This document shows, piece by piece, positions 1-8,174 of a stretch of DNA of 64,000 bases. Position 1 is the stretch's first letter. Each line of letters starts with the position of its first letter. A model generated the notes under the pieces. It saw only the letters and a program-made list of their open reading frames with translations. It was not told the DNA's origin and made no database searches. Source of the DNA: Chlamydiota bacterium (GTDB lineage Bacteria > Chlamydiota > Chlamydiia > Chlamydiales > SM23-39); the NCBI GenBank assembly GCA_027451825.1, contig DAIDHZ010000001.1, forward strand, positions 29,942 to 93,941, read 5' to 3'. The position numbers and the translations under genes are program-made.

Positions 1-2
1 CT

Positions 3-200
3 CCGGGAGATCTTATTTTTTTTGGAGCTCATGAAAAAAGCATTTCACACGTCGGACTCTATCTCAAAGATCATGAGTTCATTCACGCAACCATCCAAGA
101 AAACCGCCCTTGGCTACGGATCAGCAAACTCTCAGATACTGCATGGGACGGCAACGCTCTTGCCATCTATCCTTTCCGCATAGGATATCAACCCATTTGA
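3..200 (+). CDS. 3' end of an NlpC/P60-family hydrolase gene (5' part lies outside the window)
   Basis: Frame 3 reads PGDLIFFGAHEKSISHVGLYLKDHEFIHATIQENRPWLRISKL...GYQPI with stop TGA at 198-200. This is the GDLxFF...HVGxYL...FIHA region typical of NlpC/P60 C-termini. It is absent from the ORF track because of edge truncation. Confidence 0.7.
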   Translation, partial: PGDLIFFGAHEKSISHVGLYLKDHEFIHATIQENRPWLRISKLSDTAWDGNALAIYPFRIGYQPI

Positions 201-205
201 TAACA

Positions 206-1048
206 ATGCAGTACACAATTTCTAAAACAAGACAAGTAGATTTAAGCCATTCTGAGCAGCTTACCACATCTTTCTTCGAAGCTGTGATGCCAATGAAACA
301 ACTGGCATTTTATTTTTTCCCGTCTCTTGGCGATCTCTATTCATATCACATGGAAATTAGAAATAATGATCCATCGCAACAGTCGATGATTCCCTATTCC
401 AGCGCCATCGCAGCAATCCAGGATGTAAAAAAACTTGCAAAAGCTGCAAATCTCTCTCGGGAAGTTACTCTCTACGCCTCTTTAAGCCATTACTTTTCAA
501 GCTTTGGAGGCCCTCTTTCTTTCACACACCCAACCATCAGCATTCCTTATTCAGAACTCATCAGTCCTTGGACTGAAGAGTCAAATACACTATGGAAGAG
601 ATCCGAACCGGAAGTGCGTTTTTTGATTGCACGAGAACTTGCGAGAATTAAAACTCCTACTTTTTTAATTCACTCAGCCATAAAAGTCTCTCTACTTGCT
701 CTTCTTTATTTTCATCCCATCTTTCAACTTTCTTATTTCGCAAGAAATGCCCTCCATATGACCACTCTCATTGTGGCTCACTGTTTTCTAGAAAGAAGGC
801 TGCAAAGACAAATGGACATTCAGGCGATTGAAATTCTTTCACAAGATCTAAAAGACGCTCAATTGGCAACAAAGACGGCAATCACCGCTCTAAATAGGAT
901 GAAAGAGCAGAACTTATGTCGACTGAAATTCAATAAACTATGTCACCTTTATATCACAGAAAAAGGAGACAACATTCTTGATTTAACACACGATCCGCTC
1001 TCTCAAAGAATCATTAAGATTGCTTCACATAAGCTTTTACAATCTTAA
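206..1048 (+). CDS. M48 (HtpX/Ste24-like) peptidase homologue with substituted zinc ligands (pseudopeptidase candidate)
   Basis: FLIARELARIK aligns to the M48 xxxAHELGHIK motif with both His replaced by Arg. ERRLQRQMDIQA aligns to SRxxExxAD with Glu replaced by Gln. The C-terminal THDPLSQRI matches the M48 THPPLxERI motif. I start at ATG 206 because track codons 110-205 overlap the end of the upstream P60 gene. Confidence 0.55.
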   Translation: MQYTISKTRQVDLSHSEQLTTSFFEAVMPMKQLAFYFFPSLGDLYSYHMEIRNNDPSQQSMIPYSSAIAAIQDVKKLAKAANLSREVTLYASLSHYFSSFGGPLSFTHPTISIPYSELISPWTEESNTLWKRSEPEVRFLIARELARIKTPTFLIHSAIKVSLLALLYFHPIFQLSYFARNALHMTTLIVAHCFLERRLQRQMDIQAIEILSQDLKDAQLATKTAITALNRMKEQNLCRLKFNKLCHLYITEKGDNILDLTHDPLSQRIIKIASHKLLQS

Positions 1049-1583
1049 TTGTCTCTAAAGGACGATCTTGAGCCCCTGTTTTTGCAGACTCAATTTTTTG
1101 CACGTTTTCGTAACCAGAAGTCACTTGTCCAAAAATCGTATGTTTCATGTTCAACCATGAGGTTGCAGATGTCGTAATGAAAAACTGACTTCCATTTGTG
1201 TTAGGTCCTCGATTTGCCATCGCAAGAAGACCCGGTTTATCAAATTTCACAGTAGATACACACTCATCTTTAAATGATTTACCCCAAATAGACTCTCCTC
1301 CGGCACCGGTCCCTGTAGGATCTCCACCTTGAATCATAAAGCTTTTAATCACTCTATGAAAAGTCACTCCATTGTAATATCCCTTTTCTACAAGACCTAT
1401 AAAATTTTCACATGTCTTTGGGGCCACATCCGGCATTAATGTAATTTCAATATTACCCATATTTGTTTCAAAAACAACAACTGGATTTTTCATAATCTTA
1501 TTTCCTTCTTCTTGAGCATTTAAAAACATACAAGGACAAAACAATCCCAAAATGATGCTGATAACATTTTTAAACCATGACAT
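1014..1583 (-). CDS. Cyclophilin-type peptidyl-prolyl cis-trans isomerase with N-terminal signal peptide
   Basis: FHRVIKSFMIQGGDPTGTGAGGESIWG and GPNTNGSQFFIT are cyclophilin signatures. The N-terminus is hydrophobic. Confidence 0.95.
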   Translation of the reverse strand: MSWFKNVISIILGLFCPCMFLNAQEEGNKIMKNPVVVFETNMGNIEITLMPDVAPKTCENFIGLVEKGYYNGVTFHRVIKSFMIQGGDPTGTGAGGESIWGKSFKDECVSTVKFDKPGLLAMANRGPNTNGSQFFITTSATSWLNMKHTIFGQVTSGYENVQKIESAKTGAQDRPLETIKIVKAYVKQS

Positions 1584-1640
1584 AAAATTTTCCTCCTTAA
1601 GGGGTCATCCAAAAATAACTGATCGAAACATAGAGCGGCA

Positions 1641-1706
1641 TATACCCGTTCCAGTTGAAAGCCACCTAAGAGACAAAATATTACCCGATTTTTAAAAAAA
1701 AGCTCT
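1641..1706. repeat. Diverged solo copy of the 50-bp variant-arm repeat also found at 55987 and 57158
   Basis: TATACCCGTTCCAGTTGAAAG...ACCCGATT matches the first 21 nt and the ACCCGATT block of the repeats at 55987..56036 and 57158..57207. It lies in the divergent ppi/pitA intergenic region. Confidence 0.4.
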
Positions 1707-2729
1707 ATGGAATTTTTTGTTCCGATATTCTATAAAGGATTCCTTATGGAATTCGTCATTTTAATTGTCATCATCGGTCTTGTTTTCGACTATACCAATG
1801 GATTTCACGATGCAGCCAACGTCGTTTCTACCGTCATCGCAACACGCACATTACGACCTGTCACTGCGATTGTCCTTGCTGCCATTTTAAATTTCATAGG
1901 AGCCACACAAATCAGCGGCGTTGCTCAAACAATTGCGACAGGCATTGTCGTTGCCTCTGACGCTACTCAGCTTGTTGTTTTATGCGCTGTGATCGGAGCC
2001 ATCTTCTGGAACCTCATCACCTGGTATTACGGCATTCCAAGCAGCTCTTCATATGCGCTCATTGGAGGACTGATTGGATCATCATGGATTCATCAAGATG
2101 CATCCGCCATTCTTTGGAATGGAGTCATTAATAAGGTACTTCTTCCCATGATCCTTTCTCCGATGATCGGGTTTGCCGTAGGCCTCTCCATTATGAAAAT
2201 CCTTTTTTGGTACACGAAAAAACGTCCTGAAGTTAAAGACAAAAAACTCTTTCGATATTTGCAAGTCATTTCAGCCAGTTTTGTTGCCCTTTCTCATGGA
2301 CTTAACGATGCACAAAAAAGCATGGGTATCATCACATTAGGTCTTTTTGCAGGAGGCTATCTCTTGGAACCTACCATTCCTCTTTGGGTGATTCTCGCTT
2401 GCGCAACCGTCATGGGTCTTGGAACCGCCTCCGCCGGATTTCGAATTGTAAAAACCATGGGATTTTCCATTACAAGAATTTATCCCATGCAAGGATTTGC
2501 TGCAGAAACGTCATCTTCTTTGGTCGTTTTTATCGCAAGCTTTCTTGGAATGCCAATCAGCTCAACACATGTCATTACAGGCAGCATTACCGGTGTCGGC
2601 ACTGCAAAGGGGAGAAAAGCAGTTCGCTGGCATGTACCTAAACGATTGATGTGGGCATGGCTCTTCACTCTTCCGGGAGCAGGTCTTGTTGGTGCCGCAG
2701 CCTATATGATTGGAACTCTCATCCGATGA
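1707..2729 (+). CDS. pitA: Inorganic phosphate transporter, PiT/PHO4 family
   Basis: GFHDAANVVSTVIATRTL near the N-terminus and a second LNDAQKSMG half-repeat, with about 10 TM segments. An alternative start is ATG 1746. Confidence 0.9.
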   Translation: MEFFVPIFYKGFLMEFVILIVIIGLVFDYTNGFHDAANVVSTVIATRTLRPVTAIVLAAILNFIGATQISGVAQTIATGIVVASDATQLVVLCAVIGAIFWNLITWYYGIPSSSSYALIGGLIGSSWIHQDASAILWNGVINKVLLPMILSPMIGFAVGLSIMKILFWYTKKRPEVKDKKLFRYLQVISASFVALSHGLNDAQKSMGIITLGLFAGGYLLEPTIPLWVILACATVMGLGTASAGFRIVKTMGFSITRIYPMQGFAAETSSSLVVFIASFLGMPISSTHVITGSITGVGTAKGRKAVRWHVPKRLMWAWLFTLPGAGLVGAAAYMIGTLIR

Positions 2730-3541
2730 AACGTTTGATTTTGTTTCTCTTTTTCGTCCTCTCATGCAGTCTTTTACCTGTTTCATTCAAAAGATTTACA
2801 TGCGGCTTTAAACTCCTTAAAATGCAATTCGACCTCCCCTTTAACCATCAGTTCAACGTCTCCCCCATTCTTTCCAATGAAGAACTTCAAACCATTTTAT
2901 CCCAACCATTTAACTACTTAAACCGTGGGGCTCAAGCCTATGTCTTTGAAAGCAAAGATAAAAAATATGTCATTAAATTCTTCCGTCATCATAACAGTCT
3001 CTTTTCCACAAAAAAACGAAAGACTCTGACTCATCAAAAAATACTTCGTTTTTGTTCTGCCAGCATCTTAGCCTACACAAAAGCGCATGAAGAAACAGGA
3101 GTTCTCTTTTTACATCTCAATCCTACAAAAGAAACGCTTCCACACTTACAAGTAACAGGGCCTCTTGGCGGACATTTTTCTTTAAACTTAAACTCCTATC
3201 GATTCATCATCCAAAAAAAAGCCCTCCCCTTTGAAGAGGCGCTTCTTCATGCATACCACTCTCATGACACAGCCCTTATGGCTCATTACATCGATTCTTT
3301 CGTGAAACTCTTAAAATCTCGTACAGAAAAGGGACTTCGAAATACAGATCCATCCTTATTTCGTAATTTTGGATTTCTCAATAAAGAGGCGATAGAAATT
3401 GATTTCGGAAACTATCAGGAAGACCCAAACAACAAAGATCTTTATCTATTTACCAAAAAATTCCGCAAATGGCTTTCTAAAAACACCCCGGAATGGGTCC
3501 CCTATCTCAATGAACAAATAAGAATCAACGAAATCAAATGA
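2726..3541 (+). CDS. Signal-peptide protein with a protein-kinase-like fold (atypical kinase candidate)
   Basis: The start ATG at 2726 overlaps the pitA stop (ATGA). The N-terminus MKRLILFLFFVLSCSLL is hydrophobic. GAQAYVFESKDKKYVIKFF resembles a Gly-loop plus VAIK lysine. LRNTDPSLFRNFGF resembles a catalytic-loop D...N, and IEIDFG resembles DFG. Confidence 0.5.
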   Translation: MKRLILFLFFVLSCSLLPVSFKRFTCGFKLLKMQFDLPFNHQFNVSPILSNEELQTILSQPFNYLNRGAQAYVFESKDKKYVIKFFRHHNSLFSTKKRKTLTHQKILRFCSASILAYTKAHEETGVLFLHLNPTKETLPHLQVTGPLGGHFSLNLNSYRFIIQKKALPFEEALLHAYHSHDTALMAHYIDSFVKLLKSRTEKGLRNTDPSLFRNFGFLNKEAIEIDFGNYQEDPNNKDLYLFTKKFRKWLSKNTPEWVPYLNEQIRINEIK

Positions 3542-4728
3542 CTCAAAAAGCTGAAAAAAAACCTCATATTCTCAGTCTTATGCTATTAAGCGCTTTTGCA
3601 GCCATGGGCGCATTGCTCATGACTCCCGGATTGCCTGATATATCTAAATACTTTTCAGTATCAACAGGATCTGCACAATTCATTGTCTCAAGCTTTCTTT
3701 TAGGCTATTCACTAGGTCAACTCCTATACGGCCCTATTGCAAATCGCTTTGGACGCAAACCTGCTTTATATGCGGGAATAGCCATTGCAACTCTAGGGTC
3801 TATTTTCAGCATTCTATCCTCCCCTATAGAATCTTTTTCTCTTTTAATCTTTGGAAGATTCTTGGAAGCCCTTGGAGCAAGTGCAGGGCTTGTCATCAGT
3901 TTTACAATCATCAATGATTTCTATACAGCTGAGCAAGCCAGAAAAATGACAGCTCTATTAACAATAGGCTTTGCAATCGTTCCTGGAGCTGCTGTTGCTA
4001 TTGGAGGCATTTTAACACAACTGATAAACTGGCAATCCTGTTTTTATTTTTTACTCGCATACGGTCTAACACTGCTTATACCTTGTCAACGTCTTCCTGA
4101 AACAATTCTAAATCGCGACCATACAGCTCTTCACTACAAATATTTAACAAAAAATTATTGGAAGATATTACTCAATCGAAAGCTGATTGGATACGCACTC
4201 TGCTCAGGATTTTCAAGCGCAATTATTTATGTATTTGGCAGCGAAGGGCCCTTTATTGGCATGAATACTCTTGGGTTTTCACCTAGCATCTATGGAATGC
4301 TTGGATTAACTCCTTTCATAGGTACTTTTCTGGGAAGCCTTCTTGTAGTGTATCTCTCCAAAACACCTCCTTTACAAGTTTTAAAATTTGGCTTTTTTTT
4401 AGAACTGATCGCCTCTCTGACAATGTTTCTTTTATTTTTCTTTCAAATTGTCTCTATATGGTCTTTATTAATCCCGATGGGAATTATTTGTATTGGACAT
4501 CCCATTTTATCCGGGACGGCACTCTCTTTGTCTATGAATCAGACTCATGATAAAGCAAATGGATCAGCAATCATGAACTTTGTTGGCTTAGCCATGCCTG
4601 TAATAATGACATTTTTATTAGGAGCCTTGCAAATTAAAGCCGCATTTGTCATGCCTACGATCTTTTTAATTTCGTTACTATTGATGTTCATTATTTATTT
4701 ACTTTTCCTTAGAAAGGATGAACCTTAA
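3538..4728 (+). CDS. MFS transporter, Bcr/CflA-like drug-efflux subfamily
   Basis: 12 TM profile and the motif LLYGPIANRFGRKP. The start overlaps the upstream stop (ATGA). Confidence 0.85.
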   Translation: MTQKAEKKPHILSLMLLSAFAAMGALLMTPGLPDISKYFSVSTGSAQFIVSSFLLGYSLGQLLYGPIANRFGRKPALYAGIAIATLGSIFSILSSPIESFSLLIFGRFLEALGASAGLVISFTIINDFYTAEQARKMTALLTIGFAIVPGAAVAIGGILTQLINWQSCFYFLLAYGLTLLIPCQRLPETILNRDHTALHYKYLTKNYWKILLNRKLIGYALCSGFSSAIIYVFGSEGPFIGMNTLGFSPSIYGMLGLTPFIGTFLGSLLVVYLSKTPPLQVLKFGFFLELIASLTMFLLFFFQIVSIWSLLIPMGIICIGHPILSGTALSLSMNQTHDKANGSAIMNFVGLAMPVIMTFLLGALQIKAAFVMPTIFLISLLLMFIIYLLFLRKDEP

Positions 4729-4749
4729 ATTTTTTTATACCGAAACAAC

Positions 4750-5847
4750 CTAAAGCATCGGTTTTCGAACCAATCGAGACATGGATGCATTTGTTTTGGC
4801 TGTAAACGACCTCACTTCTTCCCACCTCTTTTCATCGAATGAAAGACTCTTTGCCTGAGCCTCTACAAGACTCACCTCTTTTTTGACCCGAAAAAACTCT
4901 TTGATAAAAGCTTGAAGATCCTTACAGCCGGCATCATTGTTTGCTTCTTTTTCATAAGGCTCTACCTGCTCTGCATCTGAACAACTCACAACGATGATCT
5001 CATTGGATTGATTCAAAAGAGGTTTTCCCATGATCAAACGCACCTGCGATATGAATGAGATCTTTTCTATCTCTTCCGATAAAGGACTTAATGTTGCTAC
5101 ACGTCCATAAGGACGGCTCACATAAACACAATCCGTGCGAGAAGCTAAAGCTTTAGGAAGAGCGATAATCACAAGATCTCCCATTGGCAATGTGTTCGCT
5201 TCTTGAATCAAAGAAAAAGTGGTTTTAGCCGCATCTTCAACTTGGAAATACGGTTTTTCTTTTCCCATCTTCTCTATGATTTGAAAAGCTGCCTTTTCTA
5301 CATTCAATAAACTATAATTTGGCAGCCCTAGAAATTCCACAGAAGGAACACAACCATAAATCGTTTCTCGAATAGAGCCTCCCACAAAACTCATCGGAGA
5401 TTCGAAAGCAGTTTCATGGCAAATTCCAACCGTGGTTGCAAGCAAAGACTGTCCATGTTTCTTGCCATCTAAAGCTTCAAAAGCATCTTGATAAGATTGT
5501 CTTGCATGAAAAAATTTGCGCAAAAATCGATTTCTCAAATCTTGTTTTTGATCTTCTTTGGCTCTTTTTTGTAAATCCATCATAAGAGTTTCTGTAGATC
5601 CCATCAGATCTTTATCAAAATGTCGAAGCTGCTCAATGCCTTGATATCCTAAAGCGCGTCTAAATGCACTCATGACCGCCCATCCTTGACTACGACCATG
5701 AACCAATGGAACATATCCTTTTTTTTCTAAACAACAAACAACCGAAGCATAAGAACGGATCAAATTTGGGCTCGGATAGAGGATTCTATCAACAGAATGA
5801 GAATAAGGAGCTAATATCTTATCTAATGGTACTCTTGAAACTGCCAT
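4750..5847 (-). CDS. Hypothetical protein (366 aa)
   Basis: Long ORF. The track start at 5937 lies inside tRNA-Ser, so I moved the start to the first ATG downstream of the tRNA (5847). No family recognised. Confidence 0.6.
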   Translation of the reverse strand: MAVSRVPLDKILAPYSHSVDRILYPSPNLIRSYASVVCCLEKKGYVPLVHGRSQGWAVMSAFRRALGYQGIEQLRHFDKDLMGSTETLMMDLQKRAKEDQKQDLRNRFLRKFFHARQSYQDAFEALDGKKHGQSLLATTVGICHETAFESPMSFVGGSIRETIYGCVPSVEFLGLPNYSLLNVEKAAFQIIEKMGKEKPYFQVEDAAKTTFSLIQEANTLPMGDLVIIALPKALASRTDCVYVSRPYGRVATLSPLSEEIEKISFISQVRLIMGKPLLNQSNEIIVVSCSDAEQVEPYEKEANNDAGCKDLQAFIKEFFRVKKEVSLVEAQAKSLSFDEKRWEEVRSFTAKTNASMSRLVRKPML

Positions 5848-5856
5848 AAAAGAAAA

Positions 5857-5943
5857 CGGAAGAGGTAGGATTCGAACCCACGAACCCCGTGAAGGGTTTC
5901 CTGTTTTCAAGACAGGCGCAATCGGCCACTCTGCCACTCTTCC
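5857..5943 (-). tRNA. tRNA-Ser (anticodon UGA)
   Basis: The minus strand reads GGAAGAGTGGCAGAGTGGCCGATTGCGCCTGTCTTGAAAACAGG...GGGTTCGAATCCTACCTCTTCCG. It has a 7-bp acceptor stem, anticodon loop CTTGAAA, a long variable arm and a GTTCGAATC T-loop. Confidence 0.93.
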
Positions 5944-5987
5944 GTACTAAAGAAAGAAGAAATTCTAATATACGCTCCACTTATTTC

Positions 5988-7019
5988 TCAAGGAAATTGT
6001 GAAAGAAAACGTATATCGTTTTGTGTAAAAAGACGAATATCCGGAATCGAAGATTGCAAAATCACGAGACGCTCGATTCCCATTCCCCATGCAAAACCTG
6101 AATACTCTTCAGGATCGATATTCCCTTTTTTCAAAACGTTTGGATGGATCATTCCTGCCCCTAAAATTTCAAGCCATCCTGTATGTTTACAAAGTCTACA
6201 CCCTGAACCTCGGCAAGCGCTACAACGAACATCCACTTCCATGCCCGGCTCTACAAAAGGGAAATAGCTCGGTCGAAATCTTGTTTCAACCTTTTCTCCC
6301 AAAAGCTTACTCAAAAAATCATTCATTGTAGAAAGAAGATCCGCAAAAGAAACGTGTCGATCAATATAAAAGCCTTCGACTTGATGAAAAAAGACATGAG
6401 ATCTTGCTGAAATATCTTCATTTCGAAAACATCGCCCCGGAGCTACGACTCGAATCGGAGGAGCATGACCTTCCATCACATGAACTTGAACATTGCTCGT
6501 ATGCGTTCTTAAGAGCCAGCCATTTTCAAGATAAAATGTATCTTGCATATCGCGAGCTGGATGATCGGAAGCAAAATTCAAGCCGCCAAAATTATAATGC
6601 TCGGTATCTACATCAGGCCCGTAACGGACAGAAAATCCCATTCCAATCAACACATCCAAAACTTTATCCATCATTTGATGAATCGGATGAATTCTACCTA
6701 AAAAAGATTTGCGACCTGGCAATGTGGGATCTATCCATTCTTTTTCAAGACGATCTTCTGTTTCCTGTCTTAATAAACGCTCAAAAGTATGATCGGAATG
6801 AGAAACAAGATCATTTTTTAAATCGTTGATCAATTTGCCTAAATGAGGGCGATCCTCAGGTGTACAATGGCGGAGCTCTTGCATCAAAGCTTGAATAGAG
6901 CCCTTCTTTCCAAAATACTTAATCCGAAGGTTTTCAATATCTTTGACTGAAAAAGAATTTTTTAAATCCTGAAAAAAAGAAGATCGAAGGGAGTCAATCT
7001 GTTCATGTATAGACGACAC
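5988..7019 (-). CDS. pheS: Phenylalanine--tRNA ligase alpha subunit
   Basis: Class II motifs are present (HPARDMQDTFY, FRNEDISARSHVFFHQVEG, GFAWGMGIERL). It lies downstream of rplT as in the canonical operon. Confidence 0.97.
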   Translation of the reverse strand: MSSIHEQIDSLRSSFFQDLKNSFSVKDIENLRIKYFGKKGSIQALMQELRHCTPEDRPHLGKLINDLKNDLVSHSDHTFERLLRQETEDRLEKEWIDPTLPGRKSFLGRIHPIHQMMDKVLDVLIGMGFSVRYGPDVDTEHYNFGGLNFASDHPARDMQDTFYLENGWLLRTHTSNVQVHVMEGHAPPIRVVAPGRCFRNEDISARSHVFFHQVEGFYIDRHVSFADLLSTMNDFLSKLLGEKVETRFRPSYFPFVEPGMEVDVRCSACRGSGCRLCKHTGWLEILGAGMIHPNVLKKGNIDPEEYSGFAWGMGIERLVILQSSIPDIRLFTQNDIRFLSQFP

Positions 7020-7044
7020 AAGTACCCCCTTCAGGTATATCTAC

Positions 7045-7404
7045 TTAACCAACTAAGCCTTGCTTTGCTGCTTGAACGACTTGTCCAAATGCATTCGCAT
7101 CTTGAATCGCAAGCTCAGAGAGCCATTTACGGTTGATCGAACAACCTTGACGCTTCAAACCATTGATCAATTTACTATAAGACAAACCATGAACCTTGGA
7201 CGCAACACCGATTCGGCTAATCCATAAGCTTCGGAAATCTCTTTTTCTTAATTTACGATGCTTATAATTGAAAGCCATTGCTGACATCAATGCATCTTTA
7301 CTCAACTTGAGGTGGTTCTTACGATCTCCATAAAAACCTTTACAACGATTGAGCAATTTCTTAGTGCGCTTACGAGAAGCCACAGCATTTGTAATTCTTA
7401 CCAT
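7045..7404 (-). CDS. rplT: 50S ribosomal protein L20
   Basis: MVRITNAVASRKRTKKLL...YKHRKLRKRDFRSLWI is the typical L20 sequence. Confidence 0.97.
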   Translation of the reverse strand: MVRITNAVASRKRTKKLLNRCKGFYGDRKNHLKLSKDALMSAMAFNYKHRKLRKRDFRSLWISRIGVASKVHGLSYSKLINGLKRQGCSINRKWLSELAIQDANAFGQVVQAAKQGLVG

Positions 7405-7408
7405 AAAA

Positions 7409-7603
7409 CTATACCCCCATCAGCACTCTATACATCTTCAACTGACCCTCATCAACAAGGGCAGGTTTCGCCAATTTACGCTTACGATTCGCGCTTTTCT
7501 TTGTCAAAATATGACGACGTCCAGGATGAGTTCTTTTCAGCTTTCCTTTTCCTGTGACCTTAAATCTTGCTTTGACCGCTTTTCGGGTCTTCATCTTAGG
7601 CAC
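7409..7603 (-). CDS. rpmI: 50S ribosomal protein L35
   Basis: MPKMKTRKAVKARFKVTGKGKLKR, 64 aa, located between infC and rplT. Confidence 0.95.
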   Translation of the reverse strand: MPKMKTRKAVKARFKVTGKGKLKRTHPGRRHILTKKSANRKRKLAKPALVDEGQLKMYRVLMGV

Positions 7604-7622
7604 TGTGATCCTCTCTCTTTAT

Positions 7623-8150
7623 TTAATGATTAGAAACCGCTACTTTTGGCTTCTTGCCGCCCGGAGCTAGAACGGTTGTCATAGTCCGTCCCATCATTTT
7701 AGATGATGATTCAATGGCTGAGATATCGGAAAGCTCTTCGCAGAATCGCCTCACGACTTGCGCTCCCAAATCAATATGCAGCATTTCTCTACCTCTAAAC
7801 ATGATGCTGATACGCACCTTATTTCCCTTCAGGATAAACTCCCGAGCATGCTTTAACTTTGTCTGAAAATCATGCTCATCAATATTTGGCTTGAGCTTGA
7901 CTTCCTTTACTTTAATTTGGACTTGAGCTTTCTTACTGTCTTTTTCTTTCTTCTGCTGCTGATAACGAAACTTACCATAATCAACAATCTTCACTACAGG
8001 AGGTTTTGCAAGCGGAGAAATCTCCACTAAATCAAGACCTGCTTCCTCAGCTCTTACAAGAGCCTCCCTCAGAGACATGATTCCAATTTGCTCTCCCGCT
8101 TCAGAGATCACACGTACTTTATCAGCTCGAATTTCTCTATTAATTCTCAA
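7623..8150 (-). CDS. infC: Translation initiation factor IF-3 (TTG start)
   Basis: RINREIRADKVRVI...LDLVEISP...PPVVKIVDYGKFRY is typical IF-3. The codon at 8150-8148 is TTG, preceded by AAGGA 9 nt upstream. An in-frame stop lies at 8177-8175. Confidence 0.93.
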   Translation of the reverse strand: MRINREIRADKVRVISEAGEQIGIMSLREALVRAEEAGLDLVEISPLAKPPVVKIVDYGKFRYQQQKKEKDSKKAQVQIKVKEVKLKPNIDEHDFQTKLKHAREFILKGNKVRISIMFRGREMLHIDLGAQVVRRFCEELSDISAIESSSKMMGRTMTTVLAPGGKKPKVAVSNH

Positions 8151-8174
8151 GCAGCCAAATCCTTCTAAAAAATA

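Noticed and set aside
110-205. The N-terminal extension of ORF 110..1048
   Set aside because: It overlaps the clearly coding 3' end of the upstream NlpC/P60 gene in another frame. ATG 206, just after that gene's stop, is the likely start.
6089-6829. Plus-strand ORFs (6089..6331, 6404..6829) and similar shadow ORFs elsewhere (2082..2264, 8796..9221, 17039..17506, 40478..40927, 48062..48475, 50284..50775)
   Set aside because: All lie antisense to, or out of frame within, genes with strong family signatures (pheS, pitA, thrS-like, membrane protein, pepP, MORN, MFS). Their translations are low-complexity with no recognisable motifs.
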